A DNA stretch of 64,000 nucleotides from Psammoneis japonica (taxonomy: Eukaryota): assembly GCA_008632985.1 (NCBI GenBank), contig QPGO01000079.1, forward strand, positions 186,001-250,000, written 5' to 3'. Below are positions 49,012 through 61,189 of the stretch, in pieces. Position 1 is the stretch's first letter; the number at the start of each line of letters is the position of its first letter. The notes below the pieces were generated by a model. That model was given only the letters and a program-made list of their open reading frames with translations, ran no database searches and had not been told where the DNA came from. The position numbers and the translations under genes were made by a program.

Positions 49012-51598
49012 CGGCTTCGATTCTGTTGCGGATGTTCAAATGGAGCAGTAATTTCGAAGGGAGAATCCATGACAAATTCTCAACGTTCTTCATCTTGGTC
49101 TGCATGAGAGTCCATCTCGTGGTCCGTTGGTTGCAGGATGCTGCGTTCAGTCAGGTCTTGGGTCTCCTCTCCTTTCTCCATCAGTCTTGCATTTCGCCAA
49201 CAAAGCACCCTCAAATCAGGACATGCACTCACACTTCGATTTGTCACGATGATTGTGGCAGGCACTGCCCCAATAAAAGGTTTGGTGCAACAGCAGTGGA
49301 AGCAAGCAAATGACCAGCGAGTCTGGTGAAAGTGAGTGTGGTTGAGTGTTTTTTGTGCTTTGGTGAATGACACAGCCCCTCTGCATTTCTTGTTTCAATT
49401 TTTCCCAACCTTTCTCGTAGACCTCAGTTCAAAGTTGCACCAGAAGAAAGGCCAAAAGCCGGTCAAGCCACTCTTTTTATTGTCTCACAGCATTTGACAT
49501 CGTGTCAACTGCTCCCACAATTACACACGTGTCACTTGATCGATTGGGCCTTTTTCTGATCGTGATTCGAATGTCTTCCACAAATGATGTACAGCACATT
49601 TTCTTTCAGTGGATGATTTTGGAGCTTTGAGCAAATCTACGAGTGATGGCCTTTGCAGCCTGCAGTTAATTCCACTGTACGACAACCATGCTCACCGTTC
49701 ACCGAGGCCACAGGTGACAGCAACCCACTCTCCATCGTGAGTCTGTGCGTCGACCACAGACTCTCATGATGGAGAGTGACAGCAACCCCATGAGCAAAGC
49801 TGCCAGTGGCTGAGCACAACAATTCATTGCAGTCATTCATTTGCCTTGAACTCTTCCTTCCAAAACTCTGGACATTCTGGATCTATTTTGCACATTGCTT
49901 GCCTTCCCAAGAACAGCAGTTGGCAAACTTTTGATGCCCAGCTCAAACTTCCTTTGACCAGTTTTGGGTGCACTGCCATGGTTGCTTCCAGCTTCCTTGT
50001 CGAGATCTGGAGCTGGTGGTGGTGTGCACACACCCAAAATTGTCAGAAAGCTGACTGCAGTCTTCTGAGCAGCACTGACACAGCTGCTCTCATGCTGTGA
50101 TGATGCTTCTCCCTTCTTGTTGCCCGCTTCTCATGCAGAGCCATCAAAACACCCGCTCTGCCTTCTCTTGTCTCAGGTCAAAAGAGAGGAAGTCAGCTGG
50201 GTTGCCACCCACAAGGGCTGTTTTCTTGAAATGCTCAGTGAGCCACTTTTTTCTGGTTGAAGTGGACAAAGAAGAAAGCACGCCGGCCGGTGAGAAAGAC
50301 AAGGACTTGAGACACACAATGGTGCAATGAACTCAGCAGCACTTTGCACGACATTGGTGGTGCATGAGCTTCAACAGCAGAGGTGACGCAGAGTGTGGCC
50401 GACAAAAAGAAGCCATCCAGCACACAGAAGCAGGGCACTTGGCTGTTGTTGTGCTGAACAGCTCTTGGCCCCAGAGTTCAACAACAGTGCAGCAAAACAA
50501 AAAATTGCACAGCTGTGTTTCAACTTTCAAAAGAGTGTCTTGTTCTCTGTTGCTGGTTTTTTGAGAGCAGGGGCAGACATGTCCCAGCCGCACGTGAACC
50601 AAATCATGCACAAAAATGACTTTGCATGATTTTCGTGCAGTCTCGCTGATTTGCAACCTGGCTTTCTCCACCAAAAGCACAGATTTGTCCAAATTTGAAT
50701 GTTTTGAAACACTGACAAGACTTGCATCAGTGTTGTAATGTCATTGTTTTTGTGTGCAATGTGTGTTTTTTGTTGCGATGAATGAATCATGACACAACGG
50801 ATGATTTTCGGCGAAACCATTGCCGTCATTTTGATGTCAAATGTCAACATGAGCGATGTTTCTGCAATGCTGTCTTGCATGGGTTCCACCTGCAGACAAA
50901 TCTCTGCACACAGTGCACTGTTGCACAATCAGCATTGAGTCCACTGAGGAAGTTCACGATGCATGTCCCACAGGGACTTGCACGCCAACGAAAAAACCAG
51001 CTGAATGTCCTTGCTCTGCACACCTGCTGCATGAAAGCACATCCACTTGAGTGGTTGATGTGAAAATGCTCCACACACGAGAGACACATGGTTTGTGTTC
51101 AAAATTGATTGTCGTTTTGTGCATCACCTGGGACTGGAGCACGCCGGCAAAAGTGGACTGGCACTTGGATGACGCCGCTGCTGTGGGTTGGAGATGTTCT
51201 TTTCTCTTTTTTCAAAGCGCACGCATGAGAGCAAAGTGGTGATTGCCACAGGAGTTTGTTGTGCACAGCTGCTAGAGGCACAGTCAGCACAAAACACGTC
51301 CCCGACAGTTGGCTGAAGATTTGTGAGAGGCAAAGAAAATTATTTGACCACCCCACAAGAAGGCATGAGCAACTCGAGCTCTTCTACAAAGGAGCTCGCG
51401 CACAAAGCATGCCAAAAATTTTTGGCGCGGCAGCATATCATGCACTGACGAATGACCGACCATTCAAAAATAACAAAAGAGCACAAAAGAGCAACAACAA
51501 CAGTCAGAGAAAATAGGGCCCTAGTAGAGAAGAACAAGAAAGTGTTTGCTATCGACACACACACAACGTTACATACCATGACTTGTTGTCCCTAAAAT

Positions 51599-54500
51599 AT
51601 GCCCCCAGTTACGGTTTTGAATGTGGCGGAAAAGCCGTCCGTAGCACGAGCACTGGCGGGTGTGTTTTCGCAAATTCCTGGAACGGTCGATCGACCCATG
51701 GTGCGCACCGCTGCCCAGGTTTTTACACAGGATAACGTTCAATTTACATCTATTCATGCACAAGGACAAGGACAACACGTGAACGGACCGAGTGAGTTCC
51801 TGACTATTATGGGATAAACACCGTTTTTGCCATCATACTTTCTTCTTACACGCAGAAATCAATCTCTCTGTCTTTACTCATATTATGTTTCTTAGTGCAA
51901 CCACACACCATGATTACGACTTCAGTTCGGGGTCACTTGGCGAGTCAAGACTTTGGTCCCGCATATGGTTGGTCGGCCGTTCCACCGATTTCTCTCTTTG
52001 ACGCTCCAATCGAACAATCCTACCGTGGTGACATGCAGGGTTTGGAACAAATGCTGACTCAACAATCCCGTCGTGCTCAGGCGTTGATTTTGTGGCTGGA
52101 TTGCGATCGAGAAGGCGAAGCCATTGGAGAAGAAGTGCGGCAAGTGTGTTGCAAATCGAATCCCCGTTTGCAAGTGTACCGGGCACGCTTTTCCACAGTC
52201 ATGCCGCAAGAAATCAAACGCGCATTGTCGTCCTTGGGACGGCTCAATATGCACCTTGTACAAGCCGTCCAGGCGCGGAGTGAACTAGACTTGAGAGTTG
52301 GAGCGGCCTTTACGCGATTTCAAACACTCAGGCTACAAAAGAAATTTGATGGATTTGCCAATGGTGAGGTCGTTTCGTATGGACCCTGTCAGTTTCCAAC
52401 GCTCGGTTTTGTCGTGGAGCGATGGGCACGGATTGAAACCTTTGTGCCAGAAGATTTTTGGTTTTTAGACTTGACACTGACGGTCCCGACGCAACAACAA
52501 AATGCTCGTTCCATTCACTTTACGTGGAAACGCGGAAAATTATATGATCGCCTCGCGACACTGGTGCTGTTGGATTCCTGTTTGGACGCACGCGAGGCTG
52601 TCGTGACGGAGCTGTCGGGACGACCCAAGAATCGGTGGCGTCCGGTTCCACTCGCCACTGTGGAGCTGCAAAAACGAGCCTCTCGCTATTTACGCATCGG
52701 AAGTGAAACGTTAATGACGGCCGCTGAAGAGCTGTACCAACAGGGATACATTAGTTATCCCCGTACCGAAACGGAAAAGTTCCGTCCCGAATTTCAACAC
52801 CATCCGCTAATTCGTGATTTAGCCGGCATTGGTGGAGAGCTTGGAACATACGCCGAAAAGTTGCTGTCGGATAACAATTTCCAGAATCCCCGTGCCGGTC
52901 AGCATGATGACAATGCCCATCCTCCCATTACACCTTGCAAGGCGGTCAATCCGGAGTCCATTGCCGATCCGATACACGCAATGTCTACGTCTTGGTTTGT
53001 AAGCATTATCTTGCGTGTTGTTCCCGTGATGCCATTGGAAAGGAAACGACACTGACGGTGCGCATGGCAACCGAAGAATTCACAGCCCGCGGATTAATGG
53101 TGTTGGAACGGAATTGGCTCGAAATTTATGCTCCGTGGGAAAGGTGGTCGACAGGACAGGGCGAGCTTCCACCTCTCGAGGTGGGAAGTCGCATTGCGCC
53201 TAGTTCGCTCGTCATCAAGGAGGGCCGGACGGCACCGCCCATGCCCATTTCCGAAGTGGAACTTATTTCTCTCATGGACCGCAATGGGATTGGTACCGAT
53301 GCCACCATTGCGCAGCACATTGCAACCATTCAAGATCGTAAGTACGCCATCAAGGACGCCAGTCAAAAATTCACGCCAACCGAGCTGGGCATTGCGCTTG
53401 TCGAGGGGTACAATAGGTATGAATTGATTGCTATGTTGTATGATGTATGTAATCTATACTGCACATTGGTGGCTTTGCGTCTTACACCTTCTCATCTCTT
53501 TGCTGACAGTATGGGATATCAGCTAAACAAACCAGATCTCCGAAGAGAGGTATGTTCTACTTACATGTGTGTCTCTTTTATACTAGTTCTACTCTAGTCA
53601 TCTGTGGTTGAACTCACAACTGCATGCTATCCAGACTGAAGCAGAATGCAACAATGTCGCTGCTGGTCGAAAGACCAAGGATGATATCATGGAACCGATT
53701 TTGGCCAAGATGCTGGAATGCTTTCGTCGTGCCAATGAGGAAGCGCACAAGTTGGACGAGGCGGTATCACGGCATTTTCCGCGATTGGGATCGAGCAATG
53801 AAACAACAACTGTTTTACAGGCTCGCTTTAGTGAATGCGGAGTTTGTCACAACCAAATGGCATTGAAACAAACCATTGGGAACCAACAAAACAACCAGAA
53901 CAATAGACAACAAATTCAACGAAAGCTCTTGTACTGTGGAACCTGCCGTGTCGGACTCTGCTTACCCCGTGGGGAGGTACAACCAATGAGAGAAAACGAC
54001 GGCGTTGGTCCTCCGTTTCATTGTCCTATTTGTCAGTATCAGGTGATTCGAATCATGCGTGGTGACGGATACACCGGGAATGGTTATCACGTTTGTCCAA
54101 AATGCTTTTCAGATCCACCAGCCGAGCACGGCGGAGGCCAGAGCAATGGTGACTTTCGCTGCTTTTCGTGCACACATCCAACTTGTCGATTAGCGGGTGG
54201 CACTCAGGGCGGAGATACCGAAGTTTATTCGTGTCCATTTTGTCGTCCTGCAGCAGGTAGCAATATTCAGGGAGGCAAGGTGATGCTACGCAAGAACTCT
54301 CGTGGCTTTGTCTTGTCGTGCAACACATTCGGGGGAGGCCGAGGCGATCGATGTCAGTACACGGTTTGGCTCCCGCGAGCGGCAAATACAGTGTCGGTTC
54401 CACCCGGAGATGAGAATATTTGCCAACGATGTTCCAATGACGGATCAACTGTGCGAAAAGTCCATTTTGTTTGGAAGTCGGGGAGTGTTCCTCCGCATTT

Positions 54501-54840
54501 GGGTCGGGAAGCAACCGCCTGTATCTTGTGCGATACTGTCTTTCGCCAGGAAATGGAAATCTCCTTACCAAGCCGAAATCACGTGACGCCACGTCCTCGT
54601 GCTACTGCAAGGCAAACAAATAACAATGCAAATTACAACAGAACTAATGGAACAGGCGCTCGCAACAATAGTAACGGAGCACGGGCACGCAACAACAATT
54701 ACAATAACCAGACCAATCGCAGACGAAACAACAACGGGCAGTACCAGAATGGCACGCGAAACGGAGGCGGCACGGTCGGAACCTGTTTTCGTTGTGGCCA
54801 GCCCGGTCATTACGCCAACAATTGTCCAAATAATCAATAG
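51599..54840 (+). CDS. TOP3A: DNA topoisomerase III alpha; introns 51792-51895, 53417-53509, 53550-53634; 1-nt frameshift near 52975
   Basis: VLNVAEKPSVA, TSVRGHL, LWLDCDREGE, SYGPCQFPTLGF, GYISYPRTET, GIGTDAT, C-terminal Cys clusters and CCHC knuckle CFRCGQPGHYANNC. Confidence 0.92.
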
Positions 54841-54913
54841 AATAGCCTTAGCTAGCTGGGTCTACAGCTAATTTCGTTGATAAATTTCAGAACGACGCTC
54901 CTTTGCTTGGTTT

Positions 54914-55393
54914 TCATGTTCTCTGTCGGCTCTCGTTTGACGCTTTCGCATTAGTCTTTCTCCTCTTCTTCTTTTTGCCGCCGCCTTTGCACGACGCTGT
55001 GGGAGGAAGCACTTCGTCGGGCCCAACAGGCAAAGGTGCGCCTTCTCTTTCCTCGATTTCTTGCTTTAGCTGTCTCAACACGCGTATCTGTGCAAGCTTT
55101 TGCGGCGAAAGCAAATCCCAAAACACTCCAGAAGGCTTTGGAGCACGGTTAGGTACACGAATGATGCGAGTCGGTGTTACGATAATGTCCACGGGAACAT
55201 CATGCTTGGTGAGTTGCCCCGGGGGCATGTCATTGACCACCTGTTCATCATGAACAGTAGTGACTACCATGGTGCTTTCTGCATCAAGATTACCTTGGAG
55301 TGAAAGAATGCCCCACTCGAGCTCTGCAAAACCTTCGCCCTTGCCAACGCGTGCTCCTGTTTCTGGACAAACCGCAGTGCTACCAACTACCAT
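54914..55393 (-). CDS. C-terminal half of an MTHFSD-like (5-formyl-THF cyclo-ligase family) protein; 5' part not found
   Basis: VVGSTAV...[18 protein letters not shown]...[10 protein letters not shown]...[12 protein letters not shown]. Confidence 0.7.
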   Translation of the reverse strand: MVVGSTAVCPETGARVGKGEGFAELEWGILSLQGNLDAESTMVVTTVHDEQVVNDMPPGQLTKHDVPVDIIVTPTRIIRVPNRAPKPSGVFWDLLSPQKLAQIRVLRQLKQEIEEREGAPLPVGPDEVLPPTASCKGGGKKKKRRKTNAKASNESRQRT

Positions 55394-55755
55394 AAAAAAT
55401 GGAGTAAGGAGCTCAATCATCGATCAGGATGCAGCTATGGCCCTAGGCCCTAGGCCTATACTGCCGTGCCGTGCCAACATCATGAGGTTGCTCGATGTAA
55501 CATGAAGCATGGGTGTGCCTTGTTAATACGCGAGGATGAAGGTTGAACTTAGCGGACACCCGCCGATGCCCTCCCGTAGCCCATAGGCTTGACTCGACTG
55601 CTTGATTCGATGATGCGGCCGCGGGCTGTGTGCAAGCACGAATCGCCGATCGAGGATTGAAGATTGAATCGAGGCATGGTTGAATGCATAATAAGTCGCC
55701 GCACTTTCTTTCAGCACACTCGTCTCATAATTTCAGAGAAGAGACGATCTGCACA

Positions 55756-57975
55756 ATGATTTCTCTTTCGACACAACTTGTCGTCGGCGCGATGATACCG
55801 CTTTATGTAAGCGGTATCGAAGACACATCGTGGCTTGTTGATCTTACTCGAAAGATTCTTCCAGAGGTTCTCAACACGGTCGACGGCTCTGTGACACACA
55901 CGAATCGTGTGTCTTTCTCAACGGACCGAACAGCGCAAAACATTAGCGAACTTGCCGAAAAACTCATGTCGCGTCAGGGCTCGCTTTCTCATGTTATCGG
56001 GTCGGGTTATGGCGAATGGACGGCGAATGATCTTCACACTCGCGTTTCCAAAGGTGTGTTTACGTGCCTATGTGCTGACCTTGGTTGCACCACAGCCGTG
56101 GCGGCTGATCTGAAGGGAGCACACAATCCCAACGCTGGTCTGCACCGACAAAGCGGCCCGCTTATCTTGCGCTCTCCCAACGGTGAGCCCATGCCTTGCC
56201 TGTCTCTACAAATGCCAATAAAGCTGAATGAAACGCGAGCAGTGGGATGCAAACTTCTCAATCATACCGGTAGCTTGGGTGAATTACTTGTCAGTGAATG
56301 TGAAGGAGGTACCATATCGTCCTTTGGTATCATGGACAATACTACGGACCAGCTTGTCGCAAGCAGCCTTTCGGCGAAAGACTTTACTGTCAAGAACGCC
56401 GGTCCAAATGTCTTTGCCAATCCAAGAGTGTCCTTGGGCGATTTGCTAGGTGACATTGATATCAAGGGGCCAGTAATGTTTCGTATCCCAGTCAACGAGT
56501 ATGTGAACGTTGGAGGAATCCGTTTTCCGGTAAATTTCAATCTTGAGTTTAACGCGGCTGAGTCAATGGAGAAGGTGGCCAGCTCCTTTGCCAATGCTGC
56601 GATTGATTCAGTCATTGGGGGGATCTGGTACCAGGACTTCAACGAAAAAGCCCCTGCATCTGAGGCCGGACAAGACGAAATTATGCAGTTGTTATTCCGG
56701 TTTGCTTTGTATGGGCTCCGTCAGTCTCAACACACATCGTTTGAAAAGCAAGAGTCGCGTCAACTCGAAGCAATGGGACAATACATGTCCATATTGGAAG
56801 GTCGACCAGATAGCGTATCGCTGACGGAAGTGATTACCAATGCCGTTGTGCTTATTGCCGCCATGGCCAGCTGGGGTTGGTCCGTCGGGCACGCCATCAA
56901 AACTCGACGCCAAAGGCAGAACTCGCAAAACCAAAATGTGCAGAACGCCCAAAGTCAAAGTTGGTTGGACCTTTCAACCGTTGCTTCATTGGCTGGTAGT
57001 TCAGTAATGCTTTTTGGTGCTGTGAGCGTTTTTGTGTTACAATGGGGGCAGATGGCGGAGCGGCTTGCATATGCAGAGTCCATGATCATCATCGAATCTC
57101 TCATCTTTAGTCGCACTGGCACACTCTTCTTTGCACGGATCCATCGAGACTTTGATCTGTTGTCTGTTGCTGTTTATACCGTCGACGTGCAAGACGTGAG
57201 TGCTGACTACACTTGGTTATTTGTGCTTGGCACTATGCTGACTGTCACGACGCTAGGGGTGTCTCTTATTCTTGGAGAAAGGGACAATCCTGGCAACCTT
57301 GTAGCAAGACGGTGGTTCAAATGCTTTGCTGTGTTCTGGATTGCGGCGGTAGTTTTCGTTCCGTTGGTTGTTGGATTGACGTCGGACAACGGTCCGGAGA
57401 AAAGCATGGTTCCATCCCCAGTGTTATCAACACCCGCGCCGTCACCATCGCCAAGTCAATTTCCAACGAAAGAGAATGAAACATTGATGGACTCGGGGCC
57501 TCCCATTTTTACGAATATGCCGTCACCATCGCTTACAACATACAGCCCTGGTGCCATTTCTTGCAAGAACTGTTGTAAAGGGAGGTTGGCCTGCACCGGC
57601 AATGAAGGCACAATTCGCGACAACAGCTGCAACGGTGACTATGCTTGTCAGAACAATCGTGCTGACATTCGTGCAGGATCCTGCAACGGGAGAAGCGCCT
57701 GCCAAAATATCCGAGGAACGATTCTAGATGGCAGCTGCAATGGGAACTATGTGTGCAGTTCCAACACCGGAACAGTTGGCGTTGGGTCATGCATCGGGAG
57801 AAGCGCGTGTCAAAGCAACAAAGGTGTCATTGGTGAGCGTTCTTGTAATGATAATTATGCGTGCTCGCGCAACGAAGGAAGGATTGGGTCATCATCATGC
57901 AACGGGCGATCAGCGTGCGGTGGGAATGATAGTGTTATTGGGAATGATGTATGCAATGAAAATTATGGTTGCTAG
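55756..57975 (+). CDS. Membrane protein with about 4 TM helices, Pro/Ser linker and C-terminal 18-aa Cys repeats
   Basis: Single long ORF; SCNGxxAC-type repeats at ~57560-57970. Confidence 0.7.
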   Translation: MISLSTQLVVGAMIPLYVSGIEDTSWLVDLTRKILPEVLNTVDGSVTHTNRVSFSTDRTAQNISELAEKLMSRQGSLSHVIGSGYGEWTANDLHTRVSKGVFTCLCADLGCTTAVAADLKGAHNPNAGLHRQSGPLILRSPNGEPMPCLSLQMPIKLNETRAVGCKLLNHTGSLGELLVSECEGGTISSFGIMDNTTDQLVASSLSAKDFTVKNAGPNVFANPRVSLGDLLGDIDIKGPVMFRIPVNEYVNVGGIRFPVNFNLEFNAAESMEKVASSFANAAIDSVIGGIWYQDFNEKAPASEAGQDEIMQLLFRFALYGLRQSQHTSFEKQESRQLEAMGQYMSILEGRPDSVSLTEVITNAVVLIAAMASWGWSVGHAIKTRRQRQNSQNQNVQNAQSQSWLDLSTVASLAGSSVMLFGAVSVFVLQWGQMAERLAYAESMIIIESLIFSRTGTLFFARIHRDFDLLSVAVYTVDVQDVSADYTWLFVLGTMLTVTTLGVSLILGERDNPGNLVARRWFKCFAVFWIAAVVFVPLVVGLTSDNGPEKSMVPSPVLSTPAPSPSPSQFPTKENETLMDSGPPIFTNMPSPSLTTYSPGAISCKNCCKGRLACTGNEGTIRDNSCNGDYACQNNRADIRAGSCNGRSACQNIRGTILDGSCNGNYVCSSNTGTVGVGSCIGRSACQSNKGVIGERSCNDNYACSRNEGRIGSSSCNGRSACGGNDSVIGNDVCNENYGC

Positions 57976-58139
57976 TCCTGTTAAATTGAACACGAAGTTA
58001 ATCATGCACATGTTTGTCGCATTCCGACATGATTTGGTTTGCCCTAAGAAAACCCGCGAAATTGTCTGCGTGAGCCAACCCACAGTGCAAATTCTACTTA
58101 GGCAGCTCACCTCTAGACGGTGGATAAAAGTGTTCGGGA

Positions 58140-60895
58140 CGGGCATGTTGACGTTGCTCGTGCCCGCGGCCACACGCTTGTGCGGCCCATCTTGATTGCT
58201 GTCAACCTCACTTCTGAAGACACACTCTCAGAACAAAAAACACAGGTTACAATCTCACAATGGGGTTTTGGCAGCTGAGACCCCTTTGTGTGGTGCAATC
58301 AACAAAACACAGACACCACTCAACAGCCTTTGTTTAAATTGGTCCACACGTGCACACCACTGTGTTGACTGGGACGGCACAGGTGGATTGTGTGTCGTTC
58401 TTGTGCTGGAAATGCCATGGTGACATGTTCACCTCATTCCACCATTTTGGTTGTCTTTGTCACACAAGACACTGTTGTTTCTTGTGTCTTTGAAATCACC
58501 CAGCAAACTTGAACCTTCATTGGCACATCTGGATTTTGTGGCTTTGCTTTTTGTGGCTGTTTGTCTCCATCGTGCATTCTTGGCATTGGGGGGCAAGAGT
58601 CATTGAGACACTCCCCACTTGATTGTGTTTTCCAGCTTTTGAGTGTGTTCGTGAATGTGTTTGGTGAGCTGTGGACTGTTCATCTTGCATGTTGTCAGCT
58701 TGTGGCTGTCATGCTTGGGGAATTTTGGACCATCATCAAAAACTTGGCCGTGGCATTTGCTCTGCATTTGGTTTCACTGAGCCAATGTGGACTTGGTTGT
58801 TGCATTTTCTTGCCACTTTTTATGGGAGTGGCATGGCACATTGGGGTGACTCTGGAGTGCAACCAAAGCCTTTGTTGACAACTTGGAATCTGTTTTGCAA
58901 AACCAGGATGACAGCCAACCCCTCAATCTGTTGGCTTGGCCAACAATCCGGTTGAATGAGATGGTGCCATGGGGCTCAGGCTTGTGGTCATTTGCCTGAG
59001 AGCTCTGTTGTTGAGAACAGAGCAGATGCACAGGTGACACTCCATGAATGGCAGATGTGTGAATTTTGCCATTGTCATCCTCAATGTTCCATTTCAATGT
59101 TCCTTCCCCTTCAACTTTTGGGAGTTTGCCTCCAGCACCTCTTGCTTTCATCTTGACTGGCTCAAGTTCACCAATGAAGTGCTCCTGCTTGATTGGCACA
59201 CAGTGAAAAAGGTGCCGTTGTTGATGCCCATCATGAGAGCAACTTTGCAAGCTGCTTGTTTGGCAGCCCATTGGTCAGTTGACCTTGTTGTTTCACAGTT
59301 GTGTGCCTTGGACAGCAGCTGCTTTTGTTTGGTGGCAAGTGCTTGCATGGTGCACTTGCATCTGCTGTTTTTTGTGGAATGATCCTCTCACCCAACATCA
59401 TTGTCTGTGTCATGACTTTCTTGAATGCTTTGTGAGAAAGGCCAGGTGCAACAACCAAGATTGTTGGTGCCATGGGAGGTGCCATGATTGCAGTCATCCA
59501 GGCTGCTGTGAGGGCTCTGAGAAACAGAATCAGCTCAGCCAGCTCCCACAGTGTGTCCAGGTCTCTAGAGAGCCCTCATGAAAGTCCCAAAAGACCATCT
59601 TTCCTTGGATTGGATGTCCTTGAGGACAGCAGGAGGTGCATTTGAAAATGAAACTTTCTTCAAGAAATCCAAATTGTTGCCTGTCTGGCTCTTGTGATTT
59701 TCTCAATCTGTGGCCACATTGGGTCTGTCATCATCTGGTGGGGGTGAATGACTTGTGGTGCCGGTGCCAGCAGCACTTGTGGCTGCCACGAGTCTTGAAG
59801 CAGCACTTTTTTGCCATTTGCAAGCTTGGCAGAGTGAAAGTCCTTTGGTGGAGGAGCTCTTTTACAGGAGTCATTGGAGACTCCCTTGTGCCTTCTTCTT
59901 CCTTTTTGTTCTTCTTGGACTTCTTGCCACCCTTGTCCTTTTCATTTGATGCACTCATTGAACTTTTCAGTTTTGCCCACACTGGCCATTTGTGTGTCTG
60001 AACCTGACAGATTCTCATGAAAGAAGTTCGTGGCAGAGCTGGTGTCCATGATGGCTTTTTGGACAAGCAGCTTGAAAAGAACACCATGCCAACTAGATTG
60101 CCATTGGCGGTGCATTGCTCATGCTTGGAAATGATTTTTTCTGTGGCTTTGGGACAACTGAGAAATGCACTTTGCCATCTGCGCAGCATTTTGAGCTTGC
60201 AGTTTTGCACATGGCTCCTGATGTCCTCCACCGCAATGTTTGTCCTTTGTTTGTGGCAAGCTTTCTGTTCACACAGATGCTGTTTGGATTGTCAGCAATG
60301 TCCCCAGCTCCTGTCATCCATCCTGAGGAAGCTGCACATTGAATCAGTGTCTCAGAAAATTTGCTCAAGCCTTCAGAGCCAGCATTGAAGGCCCATCAAA
60401 GAGCTTGGATCTCATTGTGCCACAGCTTGAGTCCCTGGGAAGCACTGCAGTCAATGAGCTGATTGGGTTGGTGTTGTCCTGGCATGAGTGCAAAGACAGG
60501 CACTGTGGCAGGTGCAGCAGGATGGGCTGGAGGTCCAGGAGCATTAGCCTCACCACAAGTTGGCACACCGACACCGCTGCCACCTCCAGGAGGGAGGGAC
60601 AGGCGCGCCATTGTGGCGGACATTGTGGAAGAACAAGGCATTCTTGACACAACCAACCCTTGCCTTTTGCCTGATGTTGGCCTTCAAAGCCCCAGCTGCA
60701 AAGGTTGCCTGCACTTTGACATGGTCCATCCAACCACCGGGGCGCATGAGCACATTGCTCAGGAGTGAGCACCTTTGGTGACAGTTGTGCTGACACTGGA
60801 TCATTCAATGGCATTATTCTTCGAGCAACTGGAAACGGCAATCCGTCCCTTCCCCGCTCTGAAGGCCGTTTCTCAGATGGCTTCAATGCTGTTGA
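58140..60895 (-). mobile_element. Degenerate copia-type LTR retrotransposon fragment (gag/protease), TpA-depleted
   Basis: KVEGEGTLKWNIEDDNGKIH...LLCSQQ..QANDHKP..GT (protease region of diatom copia) and KKCCFKTRGSHKCCWHRHH (gag C-terminus). Confidence 0.6.
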
Positions 60896-61189
60896 CTACA
60901 TTGAGCAGATGATGGACTCAAAGCATCCCAGCGTCTTCTTCTAGCAGCCCACGGTAACGTAGGATGGAGCCCTAGTGACAACTTCAAACTTTGTATTACT
61001 CTACGCTACATGTTACATTAGTGCATGTGACATGAAAGTTACTAGATATTATTCTATCTCCAAGCAAACGTACGATGTCTTATCTTACAAACGAATCTTT
61101 TCTCCTAAACTCAAATTACAAATTCAGAGCGCATCTGTTCGTTGCTCAATCACATGACGATTTAAAAAACTTCATTCTCCGATTTCAAC

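Larger units (their letters stand above)
32262..51340. other. About 19-kb TpA-depleted block of TE remnants and pseudogenes
   Basis: TA is rare throughout and TG/CA very abundant; ORFs are almost Tyr-free and Cys/His-rich. Confidence 0.9.

Noticed and set aside
32262..51340. Classical fungal RIP or plain CpG methylation decay as the explanation
   Set aside because: RIP raises TpA and 5mC decay does not remove it; the observed direction is TA->TG/CA.
32295..51356. Dense overlapping Cys/His-rich ORFs in all six frames as novel genes
   Set aside because: Loss of TA removes TAA/TAG stops and turns Tyr into Cys/His, so long spurious ORFs are expected.
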